Of a DNA stretch of 64,000 nucleotides, positions 1-8,600 are shown in pieces. The stretch is taken from assembly GCA_027078365.1 (NCBI GenBank), contig JALWYQ010000034.1, positions 477-64,476 on the forward strand, given 5' to 3'. Source of the stretch: Phycisphaerae bacterium. GTDB lineage: Bacteria > Planctomycetota > Phycisphaerae > Sedimentisphaerales > Sedimentisphaeraceae. Within the stretch, counting starts at the first letter, position 1. The number at the start of each line of letters is the position of its first letter. The notes under the pieces were generated by a model. That model was not told the DNA's origin. It searched no databases and saw only the letters and a program-made list of their open reading frames with translations. A program made the translations under genes and the position numbers.

Positions 1-1852
1 CACCTGATTCATCTAATGTGATTTTAGGCAAACGAATCTCTTGCCAATCATGATCGCTAATCTTTAGCTTATACAATGTAGGGCTATCCATATCTATCTT
101 GGCAACATGTGGATATTCAGGCATTACATCATTCGAAAGCCATGATAGCCAAGCAGAGAATCGTTTCTGTTTACTTTCACTAATACCCTGTTCAAACCAC
201 CAATCGCCCATTACATCATCAGTCCAAAGACCTGCGACACTCACATGCATAAAGTTTGAATCAGACTTCCACATATAAGGATGTTCACCTGTGATTTTTG
301 ATAATAAAGGATCCAACGATCGATCATATATTTCTTTTACTCCTTCAGAACTTGATAAATCAACCCATCGCCATTGTTCATTAGGAGGAGGAAAATAGCC
401 TACCCAGATACCAAATTGAGATTTGTTTGGATTGTCTATCCACCTTGGCCGATGCCCAGCCAATGGAGATATAGAAAATGCTGTAGCAATCCTTTGGGTA
501 GAATCACAATATTCCATTACCGCCTTCTCATCACCAGACCAATAATCATAATCACCCCAAGTAACTGGCACAGATCTAAAGTCGAAGATAACAAACAATC
601 CTAGAAGCGGGACTAACCCTAATGGGAAGATATGTCCTTTGATAACTGCAATGATTATAGCTAAAGTAAGCATGATCCAAATAACTGGCAATATACCAGC
701 AAACAATCCACCAGACCTCAATCTCTCTACAAATTGCAGCACATGTGGTTGGTAAATAGCAAAATTTGCCAAGCTAGTGCTATCTCCATACAAAACAATT
801 CTTCCTCTTCCAACAGCCCTGCTACCAGAAATTATTCTACGCCCAACACCATCATCAGAAGTAAATGATAGAGGTCCAAAGAAATTTGAATCAGAGTAAT
901 CAGACAATTCATTAATCCACCTAGCGGACATTTGGGGCCACAATAGAGAACCATACTGAATGTTAGATGTCTTTACACAACAATTTTTACCCATATTGAC
1001 AGACGCTTTCAATTGCGGCTCTAGAGGAAAAAAGGCAGAATTAGACGTTGAACAACCTAGACTTGATAAGAGTTCATTTACAACTTTCGCATGTCCAAAT
1101 AAATCCGTGTGGTCAGTTACTATAATTAATCTTCCACCATCTCTAACCCATTCTAGCAACTTACGTATGGATGTCTGATCCAAAGGGCGTGTTGGCGTTA
1201 TTATCCATGCTTCAGAATATTCTCGACTAATCTTATCTGGAGTAATAATTTCTGCCATTAACAAACTTTTTAACTCTGAATAACCATAAGACTTCTCAAT
1301 ATTCAATTTATTTACATCTGTAAATGGTATGTCCGCTCTTGCCCATTCACCAGAATCAATAAATGCCGTCTTTCCCTTGAAACGTGGAATAAAATAAACG
1401 AAGCATAAGGTTCCAATGAGTACAATGGATAGAATGTAAATATTTTTTTGACATGTAATAGATTTTAGCTTTTGATGGTTATAAATATTGGGCAACGCTA
1501 TTGCAAAAAAAATCAAAATTACAGTTTGTAAATCTCTATCTTGGAAAAGCCAAACAAAAGAGGCTATAGGTAATAAAGCTACCCAAATATGCCCTCTAAC
1601 ATTATGAGGCTTCACTATTTCTTTAAGAATAAATAAAACTATAGCAGGTAGAATAACTGCCCAAACACTTTGACTGGAAGCTACAAAACATAGCAACAAT
1701 GCTGTCATGAAAGTAAATATCGACATCTCACGAGCAAAAGAAAACTTAACCCCGAAAATAGAGAGAAAACCGGCAATCAAAACTGCCAATGAAAATTGAC
1801 CGAAAACTGAACAAAGTACAATACTTAATATTATTCCAATGATGCTAGCCAT
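1..1852 (-). CDS. Polytopic membrane protein with a large soluble domain (possibly DUF4350/GldG-like). Partial: the 3' end lies beyond the left edge.
   Basis: Absent from the ORF track because it runs off the window. I read the minus-strand frame occupying plus triplets 2-4 ... 1850-1852 and found no TTA/CTA/TCA in 617 codons. ATG at 1852-1850 (MASIIGIILSIVLCSVFGQF...). The N-terminus is hydrophobic helices. A soluble region follows with LLEWVRDGGRLIIVTDHTDLFGH and GRGRIVLYGDSTSLANF, then another TM block (LFAGILPVIWIMLTLAIIIAVI). The start overlaps the upstream gene end by 22 nt. Confidence 0.8.
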   Translation of the reverse strand, partial: MASIIGIILSIVLCSVFGQFSLAVLIAGFLSIFGVKFSFAREMSIFTFMTALLLCFVASSQSVWAVILPAIVLFILKEIVKPHNVRGHIWVALLPIASFVWLFQDRDLQTVILIFFAIALPNIYNHQKLKSITCQKNIYILSIVLIGTLCFVYFIPRFKGKTAFIDSGEWARADIPFTDVNKLNIEKSYGYSELKSLLMAEIITPDKISREYSEAWIITPTRPLDQTSIRKLLEWVRDGGRLIIVTDHTDLFGHAKVVNELLSSLGCSTSNSAFFPLEPQLKASVNMGKNCCVKTSNIQYGSLLWPQMSARWINELSDYSDSNFFGPLSFTSDDGVGRRIISGSRAVGRGRIVLYGDSTSLANFAIYQPHVLQFVERLRSGGLFAGILPVIWIMLTLAIIIAVIKGHIFPLGLVPLLGLFVIFDFRSVPVTWGDYDYWSGDEKAVMEYCDSTQRIATAFSISPLAGHRPRWIDNPNKSQFGIWVGYFPPPNEQWRWVDLSSSEGVKEIYDRSLDPLLSKITGEHPYMWKSDSNFMHVSVAGLWTDDVMGDWWFEQGISESKQKRFSAWLSWLSNDVMPEYPHVAKIDMDSPTLYKLKISDHDWQEIRLPKITLDESG

Positions 1853-3357
1853 TTTCTCCAATCCTGCCTAGCGGGACTACCAGTTCCCAATACGATCACA
1901 CCGTCAATTGTTGTCCAAGCTCCAGAATCTAAACCATCCACAAAAACTCTACGAGCATCGATAATGTTCTTGATATTTCCAAGCGGTATAGTGTCAATCT
2001 TAACAGTATGATCATTTAAAAAGATCGTTGCACCTTCACATGCAACGACTACCTTTTCAGTAGATTTAACACAAGTTTTTTTTCCTGGACCTACAATAAG
2101 CAGTACAGTCCCATCATTTCCTAGTGTATAAGGGAATCCACTATCTATGACTGTTCGCAACACACCTGATATTTTTGAAGGCTCGTGTGGATTATGAATT
2201 TTACCAACAACTCTTATATCTCCATCAATTCTTTTGTTAGTAAAAACAATAATAAAGATGAATATTAAAAATATAAAAATCCAACTTACATATCTTTTCT
2301 CATTAAAAAGGGTGGCTAATAGAAAGAGAATATTGATAAATCGATATTCACGACTGCCATAAACAATTTCTAAAATACCACTTTTCTGATAATTAGCTAA
2401 TCGATCTACGAAAGGATCTGAGTCATTAATATAAATTGCACCATTGCGTTTAATGATCAACGGTTCCAACGTACCGTTCACAAAACTTCCCAAGATCAAT
2501 TTTCCAGTCCTTGAAAGGCTCCCTCCGATATTAGAAATCCAAAGACCATCATCCGAAATTGCAGCTAGCATATATTGGTCACCAAACATTTGGTTGTTAT
2601 GCCAAGGTCTTGCTTGTTTAATATTATAAGGCTTTATTACAGAATAGTCAGTATTGTGATATTGATCATGGTCAACTAAAATTATAGGAAAATCAGACTT
2701 GTTGTGTCCCGAATGCTGAATTAGGCTTGTAATTCCAATCTGTCCACTTACATTGTTGTAATCTACAAGCTCGCCTTGTAGTATTTTCGCTAAAACTCTG
2801 CCGTGTCGATAACCGTAGGATAAGTTTGTATTGTTTGCAATTTGAACTTCTCGCCTTGGTTGTATCAATGAAATAAGAGTAATCACAATACAAGCCAATA
2901 GTAGAAAATAGTAGATATACTTCGGGCATAATCTAACAACGATCATCAAAATGAAAAAGCATGCGAAGCAAATTACAGGAATATTTATCCAAGATCCCAA
3001 CTCAGATATCTGAATAATCCACAAGATCAATATCACACAACCAAAGTAGTTTGATAATGTTTTTTGCTTAGAAATCTGTGAAATAACAAATACCCAAAAC
3101 CCATAAAGGTAGGTGGCAGGCCACAATACAGCTAGGATAGCAACACAAAAAACAACTTTAACAAACGCAGGATAGCAATGATTAAGAAAACAAAACCACA
3201 GAGCCCCCCCTAACAATAACAAGCAGGAGATATCGAAAACAAACTTATTCCCCAATCCACGAGATAATATTAAGGAGAGCAATAAAGAAATCAGACAAAG
3301 AAAGCCAACGACTTCAAATTTACTTTCTTTGTCTGAAACTTGAATTTCATCATTCAT
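1831..3357 (-). CDS. Polytopic membrane protein, unknown function (508 aa from the first ATG)
   Basis: ORF track gives 1831..3474, but its first 39 codons are a TTG-initiated out-of-frame reading of the 12-bp repeat, (LLYW)n. The first ATG (MNDEIQVS) at 3357-3355 shares a base with the TAA of the upstream peptide gene (TAATG). Multiple hydrophobic helices in the N-terminal half and a further TM block (WIFIFLIFIFIIVF). Confidence 0.75.
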   Translation of the reverse strand: MNDEIQVSDKESKFEVVGFLCLISLLLSLILSRGLGNKFVFDISCLLLLGGALWFCFLNHCYPAFVKVVFCVAILAVLWPATYLYGFWVFVISQISKQKTLSNYFGCVILILWIIQISELGSWINIPVICFACFFILMIVVRLCPKYIYYFLLLACIVITLISLIQPRREVQIANNTNLSYGYRHGRVLAKILQGELVDYNNVSGQIGITSLIQHSGHNKSDFPIILVDHDQYHNTDYSVIKPYNIKQARPWHNNQMFGDQYMLAAISDDGLWISNIGGSLSRTGKLILGSFVNGTLEPLIIKRNGAIYINDSDPFVDRLANYQKSGILEIVYGSREYRFINILFLLATLFNEKRYVSWIFIFLIFIFIIVFTNKRIDGDIRVVGKIHNPHEPSKISGVLRTVIDSGFPYTLGNDGTVLLIVGPGKKTCVKSTEKVVVACEGATIFLNDHTVKIDTIPLGNIKNIIDARRVFVDGLDSGAWTTIDGVIVLGTGSPARQDWRKWLASLE

Positions 3358-3707
3358 TAATTGCAACCATAAGAACAACCAGTAGAGCAACCAGTAGAGC
3401 AACCAGTAGAGCAACCAGTAGAGCAACCAGTAGAGCAACCAGTAGAGCAACCAGTAGAGCAACCAGTGGAGCAACCAGTGGAACGAGCCATTTCATGCGA
3501 TGTACCACTTTTAATTATATCATTAGCCATAGCGCTTCTAGATGTATTAGCATTTAACTGTCCACTCATTTCGAAAGATTGAGCAGCCGCAGGAGAGCTA
3601 AATGAAGCAGACGCATGCGCATTGTCTGGACTGAACAAATTAAATTGAGGAAATGCAAAGAATATCGCACATACTACGATTAGAGCAAAAACTAGATTAA
3701 CTTTCAT
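3357..3707 (-). CDS. Small secreted or anchored peptide (116 aa) with a C-terminal (STGC)9-SYGC cysteine repeat
   Basis: ATG preceded by AGGAGA at about 8 nt. N-terminus is MKVN plus a hydrophobic core plus AHA-SAS (signal-peptidase-like site). The rest is Ser/Ala/Thr/Gly-rich and ends in ten C-x3 units. The stop overlaps the next gene's start (TAATG). A consensus-like promoter lies upstream. Confidence 0.7.
   Translation of the reverse strand: MKVNLVFALIVVCAIFFAFPQFNLFSPDNAHASASFSSPAAAQSFEMSGQLNANTSRSAMANDIIKSGTSHEMARSTGCSTGCSTGCSTGCSTGCSTGCSTGCSTGCSTGCSYGCN
3363..3483. repeat. 12-bp tandem repeat (unit caaccagtagag), 7 perfect plus 3 degenerate copies
   Basis: Read directly. Perfect units at 3376-3459, variants at 3363-3374, 3460-3471 and 3472-3483. 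Encodes the (STGC)n tail on the minus strand. Confidence 0.95.
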
Positions 3708-3755
3708 TGTCTAATTCTCCTATAATAACCATCATGAACTGATTTCGTCCCCCAT

Positions 3756-3783
3756 ATTGTAGCATCAAAACGCAACATGTCAA
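3756..3783 (-). promoter_or_regulatory. Sigma70-like promoter TTGACA-16-TACAAT for the peptide operon
   Basis: Reverse complement of 3756-3783 reads ttgacatgttgcgttttgatgctacaat. It lies about 50 nt upstream of the ATG at 3707. Confidence 0.5.
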
Positions 3784-4028
3784 TGTTTATCTTGAATTAA
3801 AGAAACTATGATAATTAGATGCACCGAGAATGCAATAGTAATATATGTCATCATAGTTTTCAGTTATCACGCCGGAGATTACCATCCCTAATTGTGTAGC
3901 AACAAATAAATTCAATAAGCTTTGACTTAATCCATATTTAATGTTATATAAGCCCCCCTTTGTAATATTTGCGCATACAATCTGCAAGCATTACCAATGT
4001 CAATAAAACTTAAACGGAGTACAGCGAT

Positions 4029-5576
4029 TTGGAAATAAGTAAATACAAAAACGATCTTCTCTCGGGCTTAACTGTTGCGTTAGCATTAGTTCCAGAAGCG
4101 ATTGCGTTTGCCTTTGTATGCCACGTCTCGCCGATGATTGGTTTATATGCTGCATTCATAATGGGCTTAACAACTGCAATCCTAGGCGGTAGGCCTGGAA
4201 TGATATCAGGAGCCACTGGTGCTATTGCAGTTGTGCTTGCAAGCTTAGTTCTTGAGCATGGGGTCGAGTATCTTTTCGCTACAGTCTTATTGATGGGTAT
4301 CTTCCAAATCTTAGCAGGACTATTACGACTTGGTAAATTTGTTAGGATGATTCCACACCCCGTTATGCTTGGCTTTGTTAATGGCCTTGCAATCGTTATA
4401 TTTATTGCTCAGCTTGGTCAGTTCAAAACCGGAATAGGCGCAGAAGCAACTTGGCTATCAGGCAGAGACTTATATCTAATGTTAGCCTTAGTCGCCTTAA
4501 CAATAGCAATCTGCTATATCCTTCCAAAAATTACAAAAGCAATCCCAGGCTCTCTAGCTGGAATTATAATAGTTACGATTATAGCGATAGTTCTCGATAG
4601 AACTGGAATCTACCACACAAGAAACGTCCTTGATTTTGTACAGATGTTGGACCCACAAATCAAAACACTAAAAGGCGGGCTTCCAAAATTTCATTTTCCA
4701 CAGGTCCCTCTAAACTTTAAAACTCTAGAAATAATCTTGCCATACGCTGCGATTGCAGCAGCTGTTGGGCTTATCGAATCACTACTAACCCTAACCCTTA
4801 TCGACGAGATTACCCAAACACGTGGTAAAGGCAACAAAGAGTGTATTGGTCAAGGAATCGGTAATGTACTATGCTCTTTATTTGGTGCAATGGGCGGTTG
4901 TGCAATGATTGGCCAAAGTATGATTAACATCAAATCCGGTGGGCGTACAAGACTCTCCGGCATAACAGCGGCTATTGCCCTACTCGGCTTTATTGTAATT
5001 GGTTCAAGTGTAATACAGATTATCCCAGTAGCCGCATTGGTTGGAGTGATGTGTGTCGTTGTTATCAGCACCTTCGAGTGGTCTAGTCTTCGTATTATGG
5101 GCAAAATACCACGCTCAGACGCCTTTATTATTGTCCTTGTTTCGTCGGTGACAGTATTCAAAGACCTAGCAACAGCCGTATTTATTGGTGTGATTGTTTC
5201 TGCACTTGTATTTGCTTGGAAAAAAGGCTCTCAGATTGAAATTCATTCAGAAATCGACCAAAAAGGCTCAAAGGTGTACAAACTGCGAGGTCAACTCTTC
5301 TTCGGGTCAACTCGAAATTTTGTAGATTTATTTGACCCTGCAAACGATCCAGATGACGTGATTATCGATTTTCACTATGCAAGAGTTCACGACCATTCTG
5401 GAATTGAGGCTATCAACACTCTAGCAGAGAGGTACACCAAACTAAATAAGAAGCTACACCTAATAGATCTCAGCCCAGAATGCTCAGAGCTTTTAAATAC
5501 TGCCGCAGAACTTGTTGATGTTAAAGTGTATGAAGATCTAAAGGATTGGCATATCGCTACTGATAAGCTCGCATAG
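4029..5576 (+). CDS. SulP-family anion (sulfate) permease with a C-terminal STAS domain
   Basis: 515 aa with a TTG start. N-terminal LSGLTVALALVPEAIAFA motif, about 10-12 hydrophobic helices, and a C-terminal soluble STAS-like region (KVYKLRGQLFFGSTRNF...IIDFHYARVHDHSGIEAI). Confidence 0.9.
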   Translation: MEISKYKNDLLSGLTVALALVPEAIAFAFVCHVSPMIGLYAAFIMGLTTAILGGRPGMISGATGAIAVVLASLVLEHGVEYLFATVLLMGIFQILAGLLRLGKFVRMIPHPVMLGFVNGLAIVIFIAQLGQFKTGIGAEATWLSGRDLYLMLALVALTIAICYILPKITKAIPGSLAGIIIVTIIAIVLDRTGIYHTRNVLDFVQMLDPQIKTLKGGLPKFHFPQVPLNFKTLEIILPYAAIAAAVGLIESLLTLTLIDEITQTRGKGNKECIGQGIGNVLCSLFGAMGGCAMIGQSMINIKSGGRTRLSGITAAIALLGFIVIGSSVIQIIPVAALVGVMCVVVISTFEWSSLRIMGKIPRSDAFIIVLVSSVTVFKDLATAVFIGVIVSALVFAWKKGSQIEIHSEIDQKGSKVYKLRGQLFFGSTRNFVDLFDPANDPDDVIIDFHYARVHDHSGIEAINTLAERYTKLNKKLHLIDLSPECSELLNTAAELVDVKVYEDLKDWHIATDKLA

Positions 5577-5643
5577 GACCAAGCCAGTTGCATTTATACA
5601 CGCAAGACTGATTAGTTTTTATCTCTCAAGAATAGATTGGTTA

Positions 5644-6705
5644 TCATAAATTCTCTCTTTGCCATTCCTCGTGTGCATAAGAGAGCCAAAAACCAACTAC
5701 AGAACCGATTGAGCCAAAAGCAACCATCTGAACTGGAAGAATTCCGGCAGATGGTTTTAGCAAGAATGAAGGCGGAAAGTTTGCCAGCAAATACTCAATA
5801 TTAGATGTATTAGAGGCAAAAAGCATCGTAATAAATACAACTAAGCCGCTTGCAATAATTGGAACGATATAGTGTACTTTCAAAAAGTGGCGAGACAGAT
5901 ACGTAGCGAGCCCAAATGAAACTAAGACTCCAAAACAGATCTGTCCAGTATAGGCTTGTCTTACAACTGAAAATACATCTTTAGCAACGATAACTCTAGC
6001 TCCAAGCGCTAGCAAATTAACACCTAGAATAGCTATCACAACTGAAGCGACAAATGATATCGTAATATTGGTTTTGTTTGTCTGCAACCAAATCTTACGT
6101 AATGTTGAAACTCTAACATTGATATTAGCCCCAACAAACGCAACTAAAACAATACCAAGCCACACAAAACCTTCCCAAGCTAAGGATTGGTAAATATTGT
6201 GTATCTCAATAGGACTTTTAGTATAGTCAATATGAACTGTAAGCAAACCGCTTCTGACCGCACAAATTGACAGAGCAAGTACCGCTCCGCCAAAAGCAAA
6301 CTCTTGAGATTTATTACCGAATGTCAGATTTAGAAAGATTGCTGTAAGAAAAACAATGAGACTAAAAAGTAAGAGACGCTTAAACGGCAATGTCCCAAAT
6401 ACCAGAGAAAGCGGTTCTTGTGGACTAGGTGTAGATATTAGCATCCATCCAACAAAGCCAATCGTAGCCGTAGCGATAGAAATAGCAAATAACACTTTTA
6501 TCTTAACTAACGCCGGAATATCCGATACTGGTCCAAAAAACAAAAGTAAAATTGCCGTAGCATATGCCACGGCAGCCTTAGATAGGCCAAACGAATACTC
6601 CATATCATAAACACTCTTATTAGAGGCCATTGTCACTATATACGAAACAATCACCAATACAATCAGAGATATTGCAATACCTGCAATTCTAAACACTTTA
6701 GGCAT
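5644..6705 (-). CDS. Polytopic membrane protein, unknown function
   Basis: 353-aa ORF, about 10 hydrophobic helices, no recognised motif. Confidence 0.65.
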   Translation of the reverse strand: MPKVFRIAGIAISLIVLVIVSYIVTMASNKSVYDMEYSFGLSKAAVAYATAILLLFFGPVSDIPALVKIKVLFAISIATATIGFVGWMLISTPSPQEPLSLVFGTLPFKRLLLFSLIVFLTAIFLNLTFGNKSQEFAFGGAVLALSICAVRSGLLTVHIDYTKSPIEIHNIYQSLAWEGFVWLGIVLVAFVGANINVRVSTLRKIWLQTNKTNITISFVASVVIAILGVNLLALGARVIVAKDVFSVVRQAYTGQICFGVLVSFGLATYLSRHFLKVHYIVPIIASGLVVFITMLFASNTSNIEYLLANFPPSFLLKPSAGILPVQMVAFGSIGSVVGFWLSYAHEEWQRENL

Positions 6706-6935
6706 AATATTACTTCCTGCTAAAAGGCTTCTTACATTCTACACAAGTGATAAAATAGCAATCCTATCAGGTAGCGTCAAACAAATTACCAATCAATACA
6801 ACAGATAGGTAGTTATCGGCATATACCACGCAGTTATGACAAAAAAAACAAAGCAATCAAGCTATATTTTGCTTGATTTTAAGACGGATTATGATAAATT
6901 ACCGCTTCTTTACGAGGCTATGATTTCTCGTATGG

Positions 6936-7008
<73 letters not shown>

Positions 7009-7020
7009 CTTATATACTAA

Positions 7021-7057
7021 AAGACCCTACTAACGGATAGTTAATAGGGTCTTTTTT
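7021..7057 (+). terminator. Intrinsic terminator after tRNA-Lys
   Basis: Stem aagacccta / tagggtctt followed by a T-run. Confidence 0.6.
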
Positions 7058-7146
7058 ATTTGATGCATTTGTTTAAGCTAAGCACACATAGACAAGTTTT
7101 ACAAAAAACTATCGTCACCTCACACAATCAGCAACTTTGCAAATCT

Positions 7147-7485
7147 CTATTTATCATCTTTATATTTGATTGCCACCCCACTAGTCCAGAGCTTGCCATT
7201 TGAATCTATACCTGAAGACCCCAGAACAACCGCATCAGCACCCAGTGGAGCACATTTAGCTCTCAGAGAATTGTGCATCTTAGCCGTTTCATTAGTTTCC
7301 CAGTCTTTGGTTGTGACAGTCGCAATTTCTGTAAACGGCTTAGTTGGAACGGTTACCAGAACCTCAATATCCGACGGATTTGTAGGTTTAAAATACCCCT
7401 TGGCTGTTTTAGTTACAGTAACAGTTGCACAACCCGCAACAACTAACATAAGAGATACCATTAAAATCAAATTTATTTTCTTCAT
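7147..7485 (-). CDS. Small lipoprotein, paralogue of 7497..7859
   Basis: MKKINLILMVSLMLVVAGC lipobox. The ATG at 7485 is preceded by AAGAGG at 5-6 nt. An alternative ATG at 7500 overlaps the upstream stop (ATGA). The C-terminal half (LGADAVVLGSSG...AIKYKDDK) parallels its neighbour. Confidence 0.7.
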   Translation of the reverse strand: MKKINLILMVSLMLVVAGCATVTVTKTAKGYFKPTNPSDIEVLVTVPTKPFTEIATVTTKDWETNETAKMHNSLRAKCAPLGADAVVLGSSGIDSNGKLWTSGVAIKYKDDK

Positions 7486-7496
7486 AATAACCTCTT

Positions 7497-7859
7497 TCAT
7501 TTCTTATCCTTGTAGATAATTGCAGTTCCGAGTAATCTATCGTATGATTTTGATTCTCTATCTTTTCCTGCCCAAACTTCATCTTTTGAATAGTTGCCGC
7601 CAACAGGCACTACAATAACTGCATCGGCACCTATCTGAGCAGCTCTCTCTCTTAGGTAGCTCACTGATGCATTCTTAGCTTGCAGATCTGCAATAACAGT
7701 ATAATCCTCTTGCGGAGCCTGACTCAATACTTGTACTTCTTTAGCATCTCTAGGCACGAGCTGATGGTTCAAGTAATATCTATTTGCCTCATCAGAAACG
7801 CAGCCAACAAGCGGTAAAACAGCAAAGGCCACTAACAATATCACTAATTTCAATTTCAT
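7497..7859 (-). CDS. Small lipoprotein
   Basis: MKLKLVILLVAFAVLPLVGC lipobox, GGAGA Shine-Dalgarno, 120 aa. IGADAVIVVPVGG...AIIYKDKK resembles the downstream paralogue. Confidence 0.75.
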   Translation of the reverse strand: MKLKLVILLVAFAVLPLVGCVSDEANRYYLNHQLVPRDAKEVQVLSQAPQEDYTVIADLQAKNASVSYLRERAAQIGADAVIVVPVGGNYSKDEVWAGKDRESKSYDRLLGTAIIYKDKK

Positions 7860-7970
7860 TGATATTTCTCCAAATAAAAGTTATCAATGGTGATACTATA
7901 AGTCAAAGCAGAATTATGTCAAAGCTTTATATCACTTTTCCATAATTAATAATATAAGCCAGTCTCAAGA

Positions 7971-8582
7971 TCACTCTAGTGGCTGCGCATCTAGGATTCT
8001 TTTAGATTTAGGCATCAAAATAAAGCGATATGTGGTGTTTGCACGTAAATGACCAGCAAAAGAGTAGGCATAGGAATAGCCTTTCTTATTAATAATGGCA
8101 CTTTGTGAGTAAAAGAATGCAACCCCAAACAGTGCCGATGGATGAACTGGCCTTGCCTCAACTATTTCAAAATCTGCCGTTTTAGCCACCAGAATATCGT
8201 AAGTCTCTCTCCAAGCAATTACGTCCATATATGCGAAAACAAAACTACCTACAAATAAAGAAATTCTAAGGATTTTACGCACACGCTCTTTGGCCTTTTC
8301 AAAGCCAGGTTTGTTTAGTTTCGTCCACCTTGGTATTAGCTTCATCTTCTTCGATAACGATTTATAGAGCATGTATGGAACCAAAAGCGTATTAACTATA
8401 TTATCTGCAAACAACCTTGCAATGTGAGGCTCAACAACATGGCTTTTCAAGAGAAGAAACGGAAATATAAGCACGACAAAGGTTACCAAAGTCCTTTCCG
8501 AGTTTCTCTCAAGACCAACCCTTGGTTCTTTAACGTAGGTGTCGGGATCCAATACCAGCCATTCATCAAGATATTTAAACAT
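7971..8582 (-). CDS. Two-TM membrane protein, candidate immunity protein for the RHS C-terminal toxin
   Basis: 203-aa ORF starting 18 nt after the RHS stop, with an AAGGA Shine-Dalgarno. Hydrophobic segments LVTFVVLIFPFLLL and ISLFVGSFVFAYMDVIA. The immunity role is inferred from position only. Confidence 0.6.
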   Translation of the reverse strand: MFKYLDEWLVLDPDTYVKEPRVGLERNSERTLVTFVVLIFPFLLLKSHVVEPHIARLFADNIVNTLLVPYMLYKSLSKKMKLIPRWTKLNKPGFEKAKERVRKILRISLFVGSFVFAYMDVIAWRETYDILVAKTADFEIVEARPVHPSALFGVAFFYSQSAIINKKGYSYAYSFAGHLRANTTYRFILMPKSKRILDAQPLE

Positions 8583-8600
8583 TCAATACATCCTTAACTA

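Noticed and set aside
3358-3474. (LLYW)n N-terminal extension of the ORF 1831..3474 in the track
   Set aside because: It is the other reading frame of the 12-bp repeat. It is initiated at a TTG inside the repeat and overlaps the well-supported peptide gene. The ATG at 3357 with TAATG coupling is the plausible start.
7166-7519. 117-aa plus-strand ORF mirroring the lipoprotein gene 7147..7500
   Set aside because: It is exactly antisense to a gene with a lipobox, a Shine-Dalgarno and a paralogue. It has no start context of its own.
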